Below are positions 41,534 to 50,614 of a stretch of 64,000 bases of DNA, in pieces (the stretch's first letter is position 1; each line of letters starts with the position of its first letter). The position numbers were made by a program, and so were the translations under genes. The DNA comes from an uncultured Gemmatimonadales bacterium (GTDB taxonomy: Bacteria; Gemmatimonadota; Gemmatimonadetes; Longimicrobiales; Gaopeijiaceae), in contig CAWGKG010000014.1 in assembly GCA_963823035.1 (NCBI GenBank), positions 192,001-256,000 on the forward strand. Direction: 5' to 3'. Under the pieces are notes generated by a model that ran no database searches, had not been told where the DNA came from, and worked only from the letters and a program-made list of their open reading frames with translations.

Positions 41534-44188
41534 CTACTCCTCCCGCAGCACGACGGCCGGATCCAGCCGGGACGCACGCCGCGCAGGCAGCCAGCACGCG
41601 AGGAGGGCGACGCTGCCGAGCAGCGCCACCACCAGGAGGTAGTCGGTCGGAGCGAGCCGCCCTCCCTCGCTCAGCGTGTGGACCTCGGTTCGCCCCGCGC
41701 CGCCGAGGAAGGCGGCGAGGCCGCGGGTGAGAGCGGCCGCACCCCCGACGCCGATCAGGAGGCCGAGAGCCACCAGCTTCACCCCCTGGCGCAACACCAC
41801 CGCGCGGACGCCGGCGGCCCCCGCGCCCAGAGCCATGCGGATGCCCAGCTCCCGCGTGCTGCGCCGGACCGTGTAGGACACGACCCCGTAGATGCCGAGC
41901 ACGGCGAGCAGCAGCCCGACGCCGGCGAACGCGCCCACCACCAGCGGTCCCATCCGCTCCGAGGTGTACGTCTCGTGGACCAGGTCCGGGAGCGTCACCA
42001 CCCGCTCGATCGGTTGATCCGGATCGACGGCCCACACCAGCGGACGGATCCGCCCGGCCACGCCGCCCACCGGCCCGTCCGTCCGCACCACCACGTAGAA
42101 CCGCGCGGACGCGGCGGCCGTGGAGGGGAGATACCACGTATCCGCCAGCTCCCACTCCTCGCGCACCTGGGCCACCACGCCGATCACGCGCAGCCATGTG
42201 GTCTCCTCGCCTGCCATCCCGGAGCGCACGCGACGGCCGACCGGATCCTGGCCCGGCCAGTAGTGCTCCGCGGCGGACGCGCTCAGGACGACCACCGGGT
42301 CCCGGTCGCGGATCTCCGCCGCGGTCGGCGCGCGTCCCTCCAGGAGGTGCATCCCCATCGTCTCGAAGTAGTCCGGGCCGATCCCCCGCATGTTGGTGAG
42401 CACGAGCTGGTCGCGCTCGCTGGCGGGGCCGCCCTCGGCCGAGACCGCGCGCGTCACCGATCCGTCGGTCACGGGGAGGTGGTTCACCCACGACACGCTC
42501 GCCACCCCGGGTTCGGCGCCGAGGCGGCCGGCCACCTCCTCGAGGAAGCGGAAGGAGGCGTCGGTGTCGCGCGCCCGGTCCGCCGGGAGCGTGAGGCTCG
42601 CGATGATCCGGTGCTCCGTGCCGTAACCCGGGTTCGACGCCTGCATGCGGGCGTAGTCGCGAACCAGGAGGGTGGCGCCCGCGAGGAGCACCACGGACAG
42701 CGCCACCTCGGCCACCACGAGCGATCGCCGGGCCAGTCCGGCCCCGTCCCCGCTGCGGCCGCCGTCGCGCAGGTCGTCCATGGGATCCACGCGCAGCATG
42801 CGCAGCGCCGGGACGACGCCGAAGAGGACGGACGTGACCGCGGTCGAGAGGAGGGCGAAGCCCAGCACGCGCCCGTCCAGGCGCAGGTCGGTGAAGAACG
42901 CACCGAGGCTGGAGTCCGCCGGGACGCTCAGCGCCGCCATCGGCCGCAGGAGCGACGATGCGACGAGGATGCCGAGCCCGGCGCCCACGATCGCCATCAT
43001 CAAGCTCTCGAGCACCAGCCGGCGCGCATGATCCCCGCGCGAGGCACCCAGGGCCGTGTGCACCGCCCGCTCCCGTCGCGTCGACACCGCCCTGGCCAGC
43101 AGGAGGCTGGCCATGTTCGCGCACGCGATGAGGAGGAGGAAGGCCACGGCGCCGAGCAGCACCCACCCGAAGCGCGGCTGGTTGCCGAGGAGGTCGACGC
43201 GCTGCGACACCGCGAGGAAGCGGATCGCCCGATGGGTGTCCGGATACGCCTCCGCGGCCCGCGCGCTCACCACGTCCAGCGCACGCTGCGTGGACGCCAT
43301 GTCCTCCCCGGGACGCAGGCGAGCGGCCACGTTCGGGCCGGAGGCGGCGCTGGTGGGGTCGAAGTCGTCCGGGATCCACAGCTGCGAGCCGTACGGGTAG
43401 TTGAAGCGTGGAGGCATGACCCCCACCACCGTGTACGGCTCCCCGTCGAGCGCCACCGTGGCGCCGATCGCTCCCGCGCTGCCGCCGAACCGCCGCTGCC
43501 AGAGGGCGTGGCCCAGGAGGACCACGCGGGCGTCCCGTCCCGCGGCCTCCTCCTCGGCGGTGAAGTCCCGTCCCAGGACCGGGGCGACCTGGAGCGTCTC
43601 CACCCAGTCGCGCGACACGCCGATCCCCACCACGGAGACGGGCTCCTCTCCCTCTCCCGTCAGGTGGAAGGTCCGGTAGCGCTGCGCCGTGATCGACGCG
43701 AAGACGCCGCTCTCGCGCAGCACGTGGTACGAGCGCGCCGAGGTGTTGTACAGCCACGGCGCGCCGTCCGGCCGCACGGTCGCGTCGCGCATCCGGACGA
43801 GTCGCTCGCCGTCGCCGAAGGGGAGCGGCCGGAACACGAGCGCGTCCACCAGGGAGTAGACCGCGGTGTTCGCACCGATACCCAGAGCGAGGGTGACCAC
43901 CACGACGGCGGGGAGGAGCGGCCTGCGGCGCAGCGAGCGCAGGGCGAGCTTGAGATCGCGGCGCCAGCCGGCGCGCCGCTCGGCGCGCCGTCGCCTGCGC
44001 GCGCGTCGAGCCTCGCCACGCGCCATGAAGTCCACCGCCTCCTCGACGTCGCCGAACTCGGAACGGGCGCGCTCCCGCGCCTCCTCGGGCGACAGGCCCT
44101 CCCGCTCGAGGTCCTCCGCGCGCATGTCCAGGTGGACGCCGATCTCCTCCCTCGCCTCGCGCCGCTCCTTGTCCCCCCTCGGATTCAT
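41534..44188 (-). CDS. ADOP-type duplicated ABC permease (MacB/FtsX)
   Basis: LALGIGANTAVYS, LLLIACAN, ELGIRMALGA, PARRASRLDP. Confidence 0.92.
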   Translation of the reverse strand: MNPRGDKERREAREEIGVHLDMRAEDLEREGLSPEEARERARSEFGDVEEAVDFMARGEARRARRRRRAERRAGWRRDLKLALRSLRRRPLLPAVVVVTLALGIGANTAVYSLVDALVFRPLPFGDGERLVRMRDATVRPDGAPWLYNTSARSYHVLRESGVFASITAQRYRTFHLTGEGEEPVSVVGIGVSRDWVETLQVAPVLGRDFTAEEEAAGRDARVVLLGHALWQRRFGGSAGAIGATVALDGEPYTVVGVMPPRFNYPYGSQLWIPDDFDPTSAASGPNVAARLRPGEDMASTQRALDVVSARAAEAYPDTHRAIRFLAVSQRVDLLGNQPRFGWVLLGAVAFLLLIACANMASLLLARAVSTRRERAVHTALGASRGDHARRLVLESLMMAIVGAGLGILVASSLLRPMAALSVPADSSLGAFFTDLRLDGRVLGFALLSTAVTSVLFGVVPALRMLRVDPMDDLRDGGRSGDGAGLARRSLVVAEVALSVVLLAGATLLVRDYARMQASNPGYGTEHRIIASLTLPADRARDTDASFRFLEEVAGRLGAEPGVASVSWVNHLPVTDGSVTRAVSAEGGPASERDQLVLTNMRGIGPDYFETMGMHLLEGRAPTAAEIRDRDPVVVLSASAAEHYWPGQDPVGRRVRSGMAGEETTWLRVIGVVAQVREEWELADTWYLPSTAAASARFYVVVRTDGPVGGVAGRIRPLVWAVDPDQPIERVVTLPDLVHETYTSERMGPLVVGAFAGVGLLLAVLGIYGVVSYTVRRSTRELGIRMALGAGAAGVRAVVLRQGVKLVALGLLIGVGGAAALTRGLAAFLGGAGRTEVHTLSEGGRLAPTDYLLVVALLGSVALLACWLPARRASRLDPAVVLREE

Positions 44189-44532
44189 CCCGCACCCTCC
44201 TCGCCCGTCTCCAGGACACGCCCCACGGCCCGCGCGAACGTCTGCCAGACGTCCGCCTCGACCTCGAGCGCGCGGCGCCCCTCGGAGGTCAGCTCGTAGT
44301 ACTTCGCGCGCCGCCCGCGCTCCGACACCCCCCACTCCGCGCGAACCCACCCGCGATCCGCCTGGCGATGGAGCGCCTTGTAGAGCGCGGTGTCCTCGAT
44401 CGTCAGGACACCCTCCGTCCGCTCCCGCACCCACCGCGAGATGGCATACCCGTGGCGCGGCTCGCCCTGGAGGCTCTTCAGCACCAGCGCGTCGAGTGAG
44501 CCGCTCAGAAGATCCTGCGGGCTCTTCGTCAC
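44185..44532 (-). CDS. PadR family transcriptional regulator
   Basis: HGYAI...LYKALHR...AEWG..RRAKYYELT; ATGA overlap with the permease. Confidence 0.93.
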   Translation of the reverse strand: MTKSPQDLLSGSLDALVLKSLQGEPRHGYAISRWVRERTEGVLTIEDTALYKALHRQADRGWVRAEWGVSERGRRAKYYELTSEGRRALEVEADVWQTFARAVGRVLETGEEGAG

Positions 44533-44560
44533 ACTTTCCTCCGTCGGTCACGTGGCTTGT

Positions 44561-44575
44561 CCACACCTGGTGTGG
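44561..44575. promoter_or_regulatory. palindrome, candidate PadR operator
   Basis: CCACACC-T-GGTGTGG about 30 bp upstream of padR. Confidence 0.5.
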
Positions 44576-44622
44576 TCAATCTATCCCGATCGAGGCTCCC
44601 GGCGCCAGGCTGGCATATATAG

Positions 44623-44635
44623 TTGCCTGAGGCAA
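44623..44635. promoter_or_regulatory. palindrome, candidate operator upstream of the ThiF gene
   Basis: TTGCCT-G-AGGCAA in an AT-rich spacer. Confidence 0.45.
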
Positions 44636-44695
44636 GTTACTTGATGCATACTGACAACCAAGCCTGTCGCACCAACCCGGCGAAGGAGCGTTCTC

Positions 44696-45829
44696 ATGCC
44701 CGTGCACGAAGGCACCTCCCGGCCACCGCTGGACCTCGAGGGGCTGGTCGAGGCGCTCGCGGAGCCACGGGTCGCTCCGCAGGAGTCCTGGCGCGCGATC
44801 GTCGTGCACCTGGAGCCCGGGGAGTACGACGCCTTCGCGTCCCTCTGCGACGCGCACCACGTCCGACGCATCGACCCGCTCGACCGCCAGCTCGCGGACC
44901 TCGGCGCGGTGCGCCTACCCGGGGGTGGCGAGTCCGAACGTCACGCGTTCGTCGCCGAGCTCCTCGGGAGAGCCGGAGGAAGGGAGGCGTTCGGCAACTG
45001 GGTCTACGTCCCGTGGGAGGCCAAGGTCGTTCACCTCCTCGCGGCGGACGACTACTTCGACGTGATCACCGACCGCAATCGCGACAAGGTCACGCGGGAG
45101 GAGCAGCAGCTCCTGCGTACGCGGCGGGTGGGGGTGATCGGGCTGTCCGTGGGGGGTGAGGCGGCGGTCACCCTCGCCCAGGAGCACCTCTGCGGCAAGA
45201 TCGTCCTGGCCGATTTCGATCGCCTCGATCTGTCGAACCTCAACCGCCTCGGCGCCGGCTTCGACGACCTCGGCCAGAACAAGGCGGTCCTGGTGGCACG
45301 CCGCGTCGCGAAGCTCGACCCGTACCTCGACGTGACGCTGTACCCCGAGGGCGTGACCCTCGACGACGTGGACGCCTTCCTGGACGGCCTCGATCTCCTG
45401 GTCGAGGAATGCGACGGCCTCTCCATCAAGCTCGAGATCCGTCGGCGGGCGCGCGCGCGCAGGTTGAACCTCGTGTTCGCCGCGGACGAGCGCGGGTTCC
45501 TGAGCGTGGAGCCCTACGGGCACCATCCCGAGCTACGTCCCTTCCACGGACGCATCGATGAACCCCAGGGTCCGCGGGAGTCCTACCCGACGCCGCTGGC
45601 GTTCATGAAGGACCTGACCGAGTGGATGGGCGGATGGGACCAGATCTCGGACCGGTCCCGCCGCTCCCTGGAGAAGCTCGGCACCGAACTGTGCGGCTAC
45701 CCGCAGCTGGCCAGCGAGGCGCGCTACGCCGCCGGGCAGATCGGGCACGTCGCACGGCGCCTGCTCCTCGGCGAACGCCTCCCACCCTACTTCGGCCATC
45801 TCGATCTGGACGAGCTGCTACCGGGCTGA
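44696..45829 (+). CDS. ThiF-family adenylyltransferase (Rv1355c-like)
   Basis: WVYVPW...TDRNRDK...GVIGLSVG, ADFDRLDLSNLNRL, EECD, YPQLAS. Confidence 0.85.
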   Translation: MPVHEGTSRPPLDLEGLVEALAEPRVAPQESWRAIVVHLEPGEYDAFASLCDAHHVRRIDPLDRQLADLGAVRLPGGGESERHAFVAELLGRAGGREAFGNWVYVPWEAKVVHLLAADDYFDVITDRNRDKVTREEQQLLRTRRVGVIGLSVGGEAAVTLAQEHLCGKIVLADFDRLDLSNLNRLGAGFDDLGQNKAVLVARRVAKLDPYLDVTLYPEGVTLDDVDAFLDGLDLLVEECDGLSIKLEIRRRARARRLNLVFAADERGFLSVEPYGHHPELRPFHGRIDEPQGPRESYPTPLAFMKDLTEWMGGWDQISDRSRRSLEKLGTELCGYPQLASEARYAAGQIGHVARRLLLGERLPPYFGHLDLDELLPG

Positions 45830-46002
45830 GGCGGTCGCCCGCCGCGCTCGAACGACCGCACCTTCCACCTGCACGCCCTTGTTGGAGGCTCGGCACCGTC
45901 GCATTAGATAGGAGCCGAGCCTCCAGCCCCCCTGGAAGATCCGCACGCAGGTCCGCCCCCGGCGGGACGGCGGGCCTTCGGTCCGGGAAAAGGAGGGGGA
46001 CG

Positions 46003-48879
46003 ATGTACCAGGAATACGACGCCGCACACGCCGCCTACGTCACCCGGGACGCGCAGGGGATCGCGCGGGAGATCTCCCACCGCCAGCGGCCCTTCCGGGC
46101 GGACGTCCACACACCCCAGATGCTGGCCCAGGCCTACCTGGAGCGGCACCGCGACCTCCTCGGGATCCGGCCGGAGTCGCTCACGAGCCTGAGCCTGCCG
46201 CCCGAGGCCGAGCCCGTCGACGCCGAAGTCGAGTACCGGCTCCTCGAGGAGAAGGCCTTCGGGGAGCTCGTCACGGTGGCCTACTACCAGACCTACTTCG
46301 GTCTTCCCGTGTGGGAGGCCGGCCTGGCGGTCCACCAGAAGCGAGACCCCCACGAGGTCCTCAGCTCGACCTCCTCGGCGCACGAGGACATGACCGTGAG
46401 GAAGCCGAAGGCCGCATCCCTTCGGCGATTCCGGAAGCTGACCCCGAAGGCGCTCGTCGGGATCCTCGAGCTCCCCTCGAAGGGGAAGGACGACGCCTAC
46501 GATCTCGAGTCGCTCCGCGTCAACCGCACCCGCCTCATCATCTACCGCTACGTCGCGGCGAAGAGGCTTCCGCACGGAGGGCCGAGGGACGACGTCAAGG
46601 ATCCCGCCTTCCCGCACGCATCCCCCTCCCTCCCGGTCCCTCCCCCCGACAAGGGGATCAAGGAGGGCAACCACTACGTGGCGGCGGAGATCCTCTTCAC
46701 GCTCGCCACCGCGCGCTGGGGCACGCTGAACTGGATCGCCATCGTCGAGGTGGACACCGGCTCGGTGCTGTACCTGAGGGCGCTGGTCGACAACGTGGAC
46801 GGGATGGTGTACATGGCCGATCCCTCGTCCCAGGCGAGCGCGGCCGCGCCGAGCGCGAACAACGCGACGCTGAACCCCCTGCGCACCTCGGTCACGCTGC
46901 AGGGGCTCGCGGCGCCCGCCGGCGGCAACCAGTCCCTGGCGGGCAACTTCGTGCAGGTGAGCGACCACGAGGCGCCCGTGGTGGCGCCGCCGACGCAACC
47001 CGTCGGGAGCAACTTCAACTACAGCGTGCGCACCAACAACTTCGCCGCCGTCAACTGCTACCATCACGCCGACGGCGTCTTCCGCCTGATCCAGGACCTC
47101 GGGTTCACGATCAGCAACTACTTCGACGGCACCACCTTCCCCGTCAGCATCGACCACCGGGGTCGCTTCGGGTCGACGGACGGGATCGAGATCAACGCGT
47201 CCTGCGGGGGGAACGCCACCAGCAACGGCATCGGCCTGCCGGACTTCGAGCTGGCGGACCTCACCGACACCACCAACCCCCTCGGCATCGCCGCGGACCG
47301 CCGTGTGGTCATGCACGAGCTGTTCGGGCACGGCATCCTCTGGGACCACGTGAACTCGGCCAACTTCGGCTTCGGGCACAGTGCCGGAGACAGCTTCGCG
47401 GCGATCCTGAACGACCCCGACTCCCAGGCCGCCGACCGCTTCCTGACCTTCCCCTGGCTCACGACCAGCCGGCGCCACGATCGCGCGGTGGCCAGCGGCT
47501 TCGGATGGAGCGGCTCCATCGCCCTCAACCCCTTCGACTCCGTCCTCGACTCGGGCGGATACCAGAACGAGCAGATCCTCTCCACCACCATGTTCCGCAT
47601 CTACCGCTCCCTGGGCGGAGACTCGAGCCAGGGTCGCGAGACGCGCCGCTTCGCGGCCCGCTACGTGGCCTACCTCATGCTCCGGGCGGTGGCCACCCTG
47701 ACGCCGGCGACCAACCCCGCGGCCGGGTCCGGCTTCGCGAGCGCGCTGCTCACGGCGGACGGTGTCGACTGGACCAGCGAGGGCCACGCGGGAGGTGCCT
47801 ACGGCAAGGTCATCCGCTGGGCCTTCGAGCAGCAGGGGATGTACCAGCCCGCCGGCACGGTGACGCCCAACAACAACGAAGGCGCGCCGCCCGCGGTGGA
47901 CGTCTACATCGACGACACCCGGCAGGGCGAGTACGCGTATCTCGCCAACCACTGGAGCTGCCAGAAGATCTGGAACCGCCTGGCCGCCGACGGCGGAGCG
48001 GCGCACGAGACGCCCATCGTGGGCGTGAGCAACTACGCCTACGTGAAGATCAAGAACCGCGGGAGCCAGACGGCCACCAACGTGGTGGTGAAGGGGTTCC
48101 ACTGTCAGCCGGCCACCGGGCTGATCTGGCCCAGCGACTGGCAGGCCATGACCACGGCGCAGCTCGCCGCGCCCGACGTGGCCCCCAACGACGCGAGCGA
48201 GATCACGGTGGGGCCCTTCGAGTGGGTGCCCGTGCAGCCCGATCACGAGTGCATGCTCATGATCGTCTCCGCGGACGGCGACCCCAGCAACATCGACAAC
48301 TTCAGCGGAGGCGACTCGATTCCCGAGTGGCGCCTCGTTCCGCACGACAACAACGTCGGCCAGCGGAACGTGGCTCCCGTGCCCGGTGGCGGAGGGTTCC
48401 GCGGGCTCATCGCCGCCTTCGCCGACCGCCACTTCGTGGCCCGCAACCCCCATCGCGAGCTGGCGAAGGTCGTGTTGCGGCCCAAGCTGCCGAAGCTGCT
48501 CGTGGAGCGCGGGTGGGAGATCTACTTCGACAATCCCGGGGGTGGCGCCTTCACCCTCGCCCCCGGTCAGAGCCGTGACATCGTCGTCAAGCTCCGGCCC
48601 GGCGCGGACTTCTCGGCCGAGGACGTCGCGAAGGCGGAGGACCCGGCCCTCCACGTCGAGGTCCTGGCCAACGGCATCCTCGTGGGCGGCATGTCCTACG
48701 AGCTCGACCCCAAGCTCCACGAGCCCGCGCCCGAGTTCCCGAAAGGAAGACCCGGAGCGTGCAGGGACAGGGCGAAGGAGCTCCTCGATTGCCTCGACCT
48801 CCCGGTGGACGGCGTCCGGTGCGTCCGCATCCGGAAGATCACCGTGGACATCGAGCTGGGGGACGACCGCGACTGCTGA
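46003..48879 (+). CDS. large M36/M4-like metallopeptidase with propeptide and C-terminal beta domains
   Basis: AGGAGG RBS; FTP-like YYQTYFGLPV; FAAVNCYHH; HELFGH...HSAGD; NNVGQRNV. Confidence 0.7.
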   Translation: MYQEYDAAHAAYVTRDAQGIAREISHRQRPFRADVHTPQMLAQAYLERHRDLLGIRPESLTSLSLPPEAEPVDAEVEYRLLEEKAFGELVTVAYYQTYFGLPVWEAGLAVHQKRDPHEVLSSTSSAHEDMTVRKPKAASLRRFRKLTPKALVGILELPSKGKDDAYDLESLRVNRTRLIIYRYVAAKRLPHGGPRDDVKDPAFPHASPSLPVPPPDKGIKEGNHYVAAEILFTLATARWGTLNWIAIVEVDTGSVLYLRALVDNVDGMVYMADPSSQASAAAPSANNATLNPLRTSVTLQGLAAPAGGNQSLAGNFVQVSDHEAPVVAPPTQPVGSNFNYSVRTNNFAAVNCYHHADGVFRLIQDLGFTISNYFDGTTFPVSIDHRGRFGSTDGIEINASCGGNATSNGIGLPDFELADLTDTTNPLGIAADRRVVMHELFGHGILWDHVNSANFGFGHSAGDSFAAILNDPDSQAADRFLTFPWLTTSRRHDRAVASGFGWSGSIALNPFDSVLDSGGYQNEQILSTTMFRIYRSLGGDSSQGRETRRFAARYVAYLMLRAVATLTPATNPAAGSGFASALLTADGVDWTSEGHAGGAYGKVIRWAFEQQGMYQPAGTVTPNNNEGAPPAVDVYIDDTRQGEYAYLANHWSCQKIWNRLAADGGAAHETPIVGVSNYAYVKIKNRGSQTATNVVVKGFHCQPATGLIWPSDWQAMTTAQLAAPDVAPNDASEITVGPFEWVPVQPDHECMLMIVSADGDPSNIDNFSGGDSIPEWRLVPHDNNVGQRNVAPVPGGGGFRGLIAAFADRHFVARNPHRELAKVVLRPKLPKLLVERGWEIYFDNPGGGAFTLAPGQSRDIVVKLRPGADFSAEDVAKAEDPALHVEVLANGILVGGMSYELDPKLHEPAPEFPKGRPGACRDRAKELLDCLDLPVDGVRCVRIRKITVDIELGDDRDC

Positions 48880-48901
48880 GGCCGATCCGGCATCGAAAGG
48901 G

Positions 48902-48935
48902 CCGCGCCCGCCTCCCGGATGGGGGGCGGGCGCGG
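48902..48935. terminator. hairpin between convergent genes
   Basis: CCGCGCCCGCCTCCC-GGAT-GGGGGGCGGGCGCGG. Confidence 0.6.
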
Positions 48936-48949
48936 GGTGCTCGGCTTCG

Positions 48950-49570
48950 TTACGCTCCGGCCAGCATCCCGGCCACCCACTCCACCATCCGCCCGAACGC
49001 GGCGCCAGGGCCCTCGGGATCGGAGGACAGCGACCAGCCCGCGACCGTCACCCCCGACCCCGCCAGGAGCAGGAACAGACCGAGCACACGACCGGGCAAC
49101 CGCTCCCACCAGGACGTGGAGACGTCGGCCCACCCCCACCGGGAGATCAGCAGGCCCAGGCCTCCTACGGCGGCCCAGATTCCGAAGACCATGACGGCCT
49201 CGCCAGGCCGGGCCGCGAGCCCGTCCCACAGCGCGTCGCCCCGGCCCAGCGCCATCGCGAGGCCGGCGCCCACCATCAACAGCCCGGGAACGAGGAACGT
49301 CACACCGAACAGGACGGCCGCGACGCCCGAGTGGAGCTTGACCAGGTAGCTTCGCTGGAAGCCCCCGGCCGTGCGGTGCCGGCGCGTGACCATGCTGTGC
49401 ACGCCTCCGAGGATCGCCGCGACCCCGAACGAAGCGACCGCGCCCCCGACGAACGGCCCGCCCAACCTCAGGCCGAGGGCGCCGAGGCCGGCCCCCAACA
49501 GAACGAAGACCATCGCGATCTTCGCCGTCGTGCCCAACTCGCCCGACGTGCCTCCGCCGGAATGTGCCAT
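48950..49570 (-). CDS. hypothetical membrane protein
   Basis: GGAGG RBS; about five hydrophobic segments. Confidence 0.7.
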   Translation of the reverse strand: MAHSGGGTSGELGTTAKIAMVFVLLGAGLGALGLRLGGPFVGGAVASFGVAAILGGVHSMVTRRHRTAGGFQRSYLVKLHSGVAAVLFGVTFLVPGLLMVGAGLAMALGRGDALWDGLAARPGEAVMVFGIWAAVGGLGLLISRWGWADVSTSWWERLPGRVLGLFLLLAGSGVTVAGWSLSSDPEGPGAAFGRMVEWVAGMLAGA

Positions 49571-49573
49571 GTC

Positions 49574-49760
49574 TCACCTCCGGTGTCTCCTGGACCACTT
49601 CCATGGCCTCCGCCACCAGCTTGCGAATATCGCCTGCCACCTCGGTGATCGCCTCCCCCTCTGCTTCCCCCAGAACGCCATAGGCCCGAAGGCTACGGGG
49701 CGAGAGCTCGGACAGCGCGATGTCGGAGAAGAGGAGCGCGGTGCGCACCGCCCACCCGCC
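49574..49760 (-). pseudogene. possible 5'-truncated gene remnant
   Basis: Protein-like stretch WAVRTALLFSDIALSELSPRSLRAYG... with no convincing start or own stop. Confidence 0.3.
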
Positions 49761-49806
49761 TGCCCCGCCCCCCGGCACCCGAAAGCCACCCTCGTCCGGT
49801 CGGCGA

Positions 49807-50487
49807 TCAACGCACCTGGAAGGTGATCGGAAAGGACACCCAGACCGGGACCCTGGTATCCCGGTTCAGCGCCGGCGAGAAACGGTACACGTCCGCGACC
49901 TGGAGGGCCGCCTCGTCCAGGGCCTGATGCCCGGAGCTCTGGTCGATGCGCGTGTCCCGAACGACGCCGTTCTCGTCGATGAAGAAGTAGACCCGAACGG
50001 TACCACCGATGCCGGCGTCGCGGAGCAGCGGCGGGTACACGCGCGTCATGGCGCGCACGACCTCGTCGACGTTGAGAATCGAGGGCGCGACGGTGAAGGG
50101 CGTGAATCTCGGGCCCTCGGACACGTCCTCCGCGACCTGCGCACGGGGCGGCGGCAGCTCCGCGACCGGGTTCTGGTCGAAGGTCGTGGGTGGAATCGTG
50201 AAGCTGTCGTCGATGATCGTCTGAGCGACCACGGGCGCCGCGGGGCGGACGAGGCGGGCCGGCTCGGGAGGGATCTCGATCTCCGGCGGCAGCTCGATGG
50301 CGGTGAGCCCCGGGCCACCCACGGCGAGCTCTGCCGCCCTGAGCTCGGGCCACAGGGCGAAGATCGCGAAGTGGACCACCGTCGCGAGGATCATGGAGGC
50401 CCAGAACCAGGACCTGAACGACGCCTTCAGGCGGTCGTTGGCGACGGGAGGGAAGGCGACTCCGGCCGAAGCGTGTGCGATGTCCAT
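49807..50487 (-). CDS. energy transducer TonB
   Basis: TM with His, Pro-rich linker, YPPLLRDAGIGG...SSG...LDEAAL...FSPA. Confidence 0.92.
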   Translation of the reverse strand: MDIAHASAGVAFPPVANDRLKASFRSWFWASMILATVVHFAIFALWPELRAAELAVGGPGLTAIELPPEIEIPPEPARLVRPAAPVVAQTIIDDSFTIPPTTFDQNPVAELPPPRAQVAEDVSEGPRFTPFTVAPSILNVDEVVRAMTRVYPPLLRDAGIGGTVRVYFFIDENGVVRDTRIDQSSGHQALDEAALQVADVYRFSPALNRDTRVPVWVSFPITFQVR

Positions 50488-50614
50488 CGTGCCTCCTTCG
50501 AATTCCGCTGGATGTGGCGCTCATGCCCGCCTCCTGCCACGACGCGGGCTGCTCCTGGGAATTCGACGTATCAGCGCGAGAGGTTTGCACAGCGGTACGG
50601 GATTCCACCGCGGA

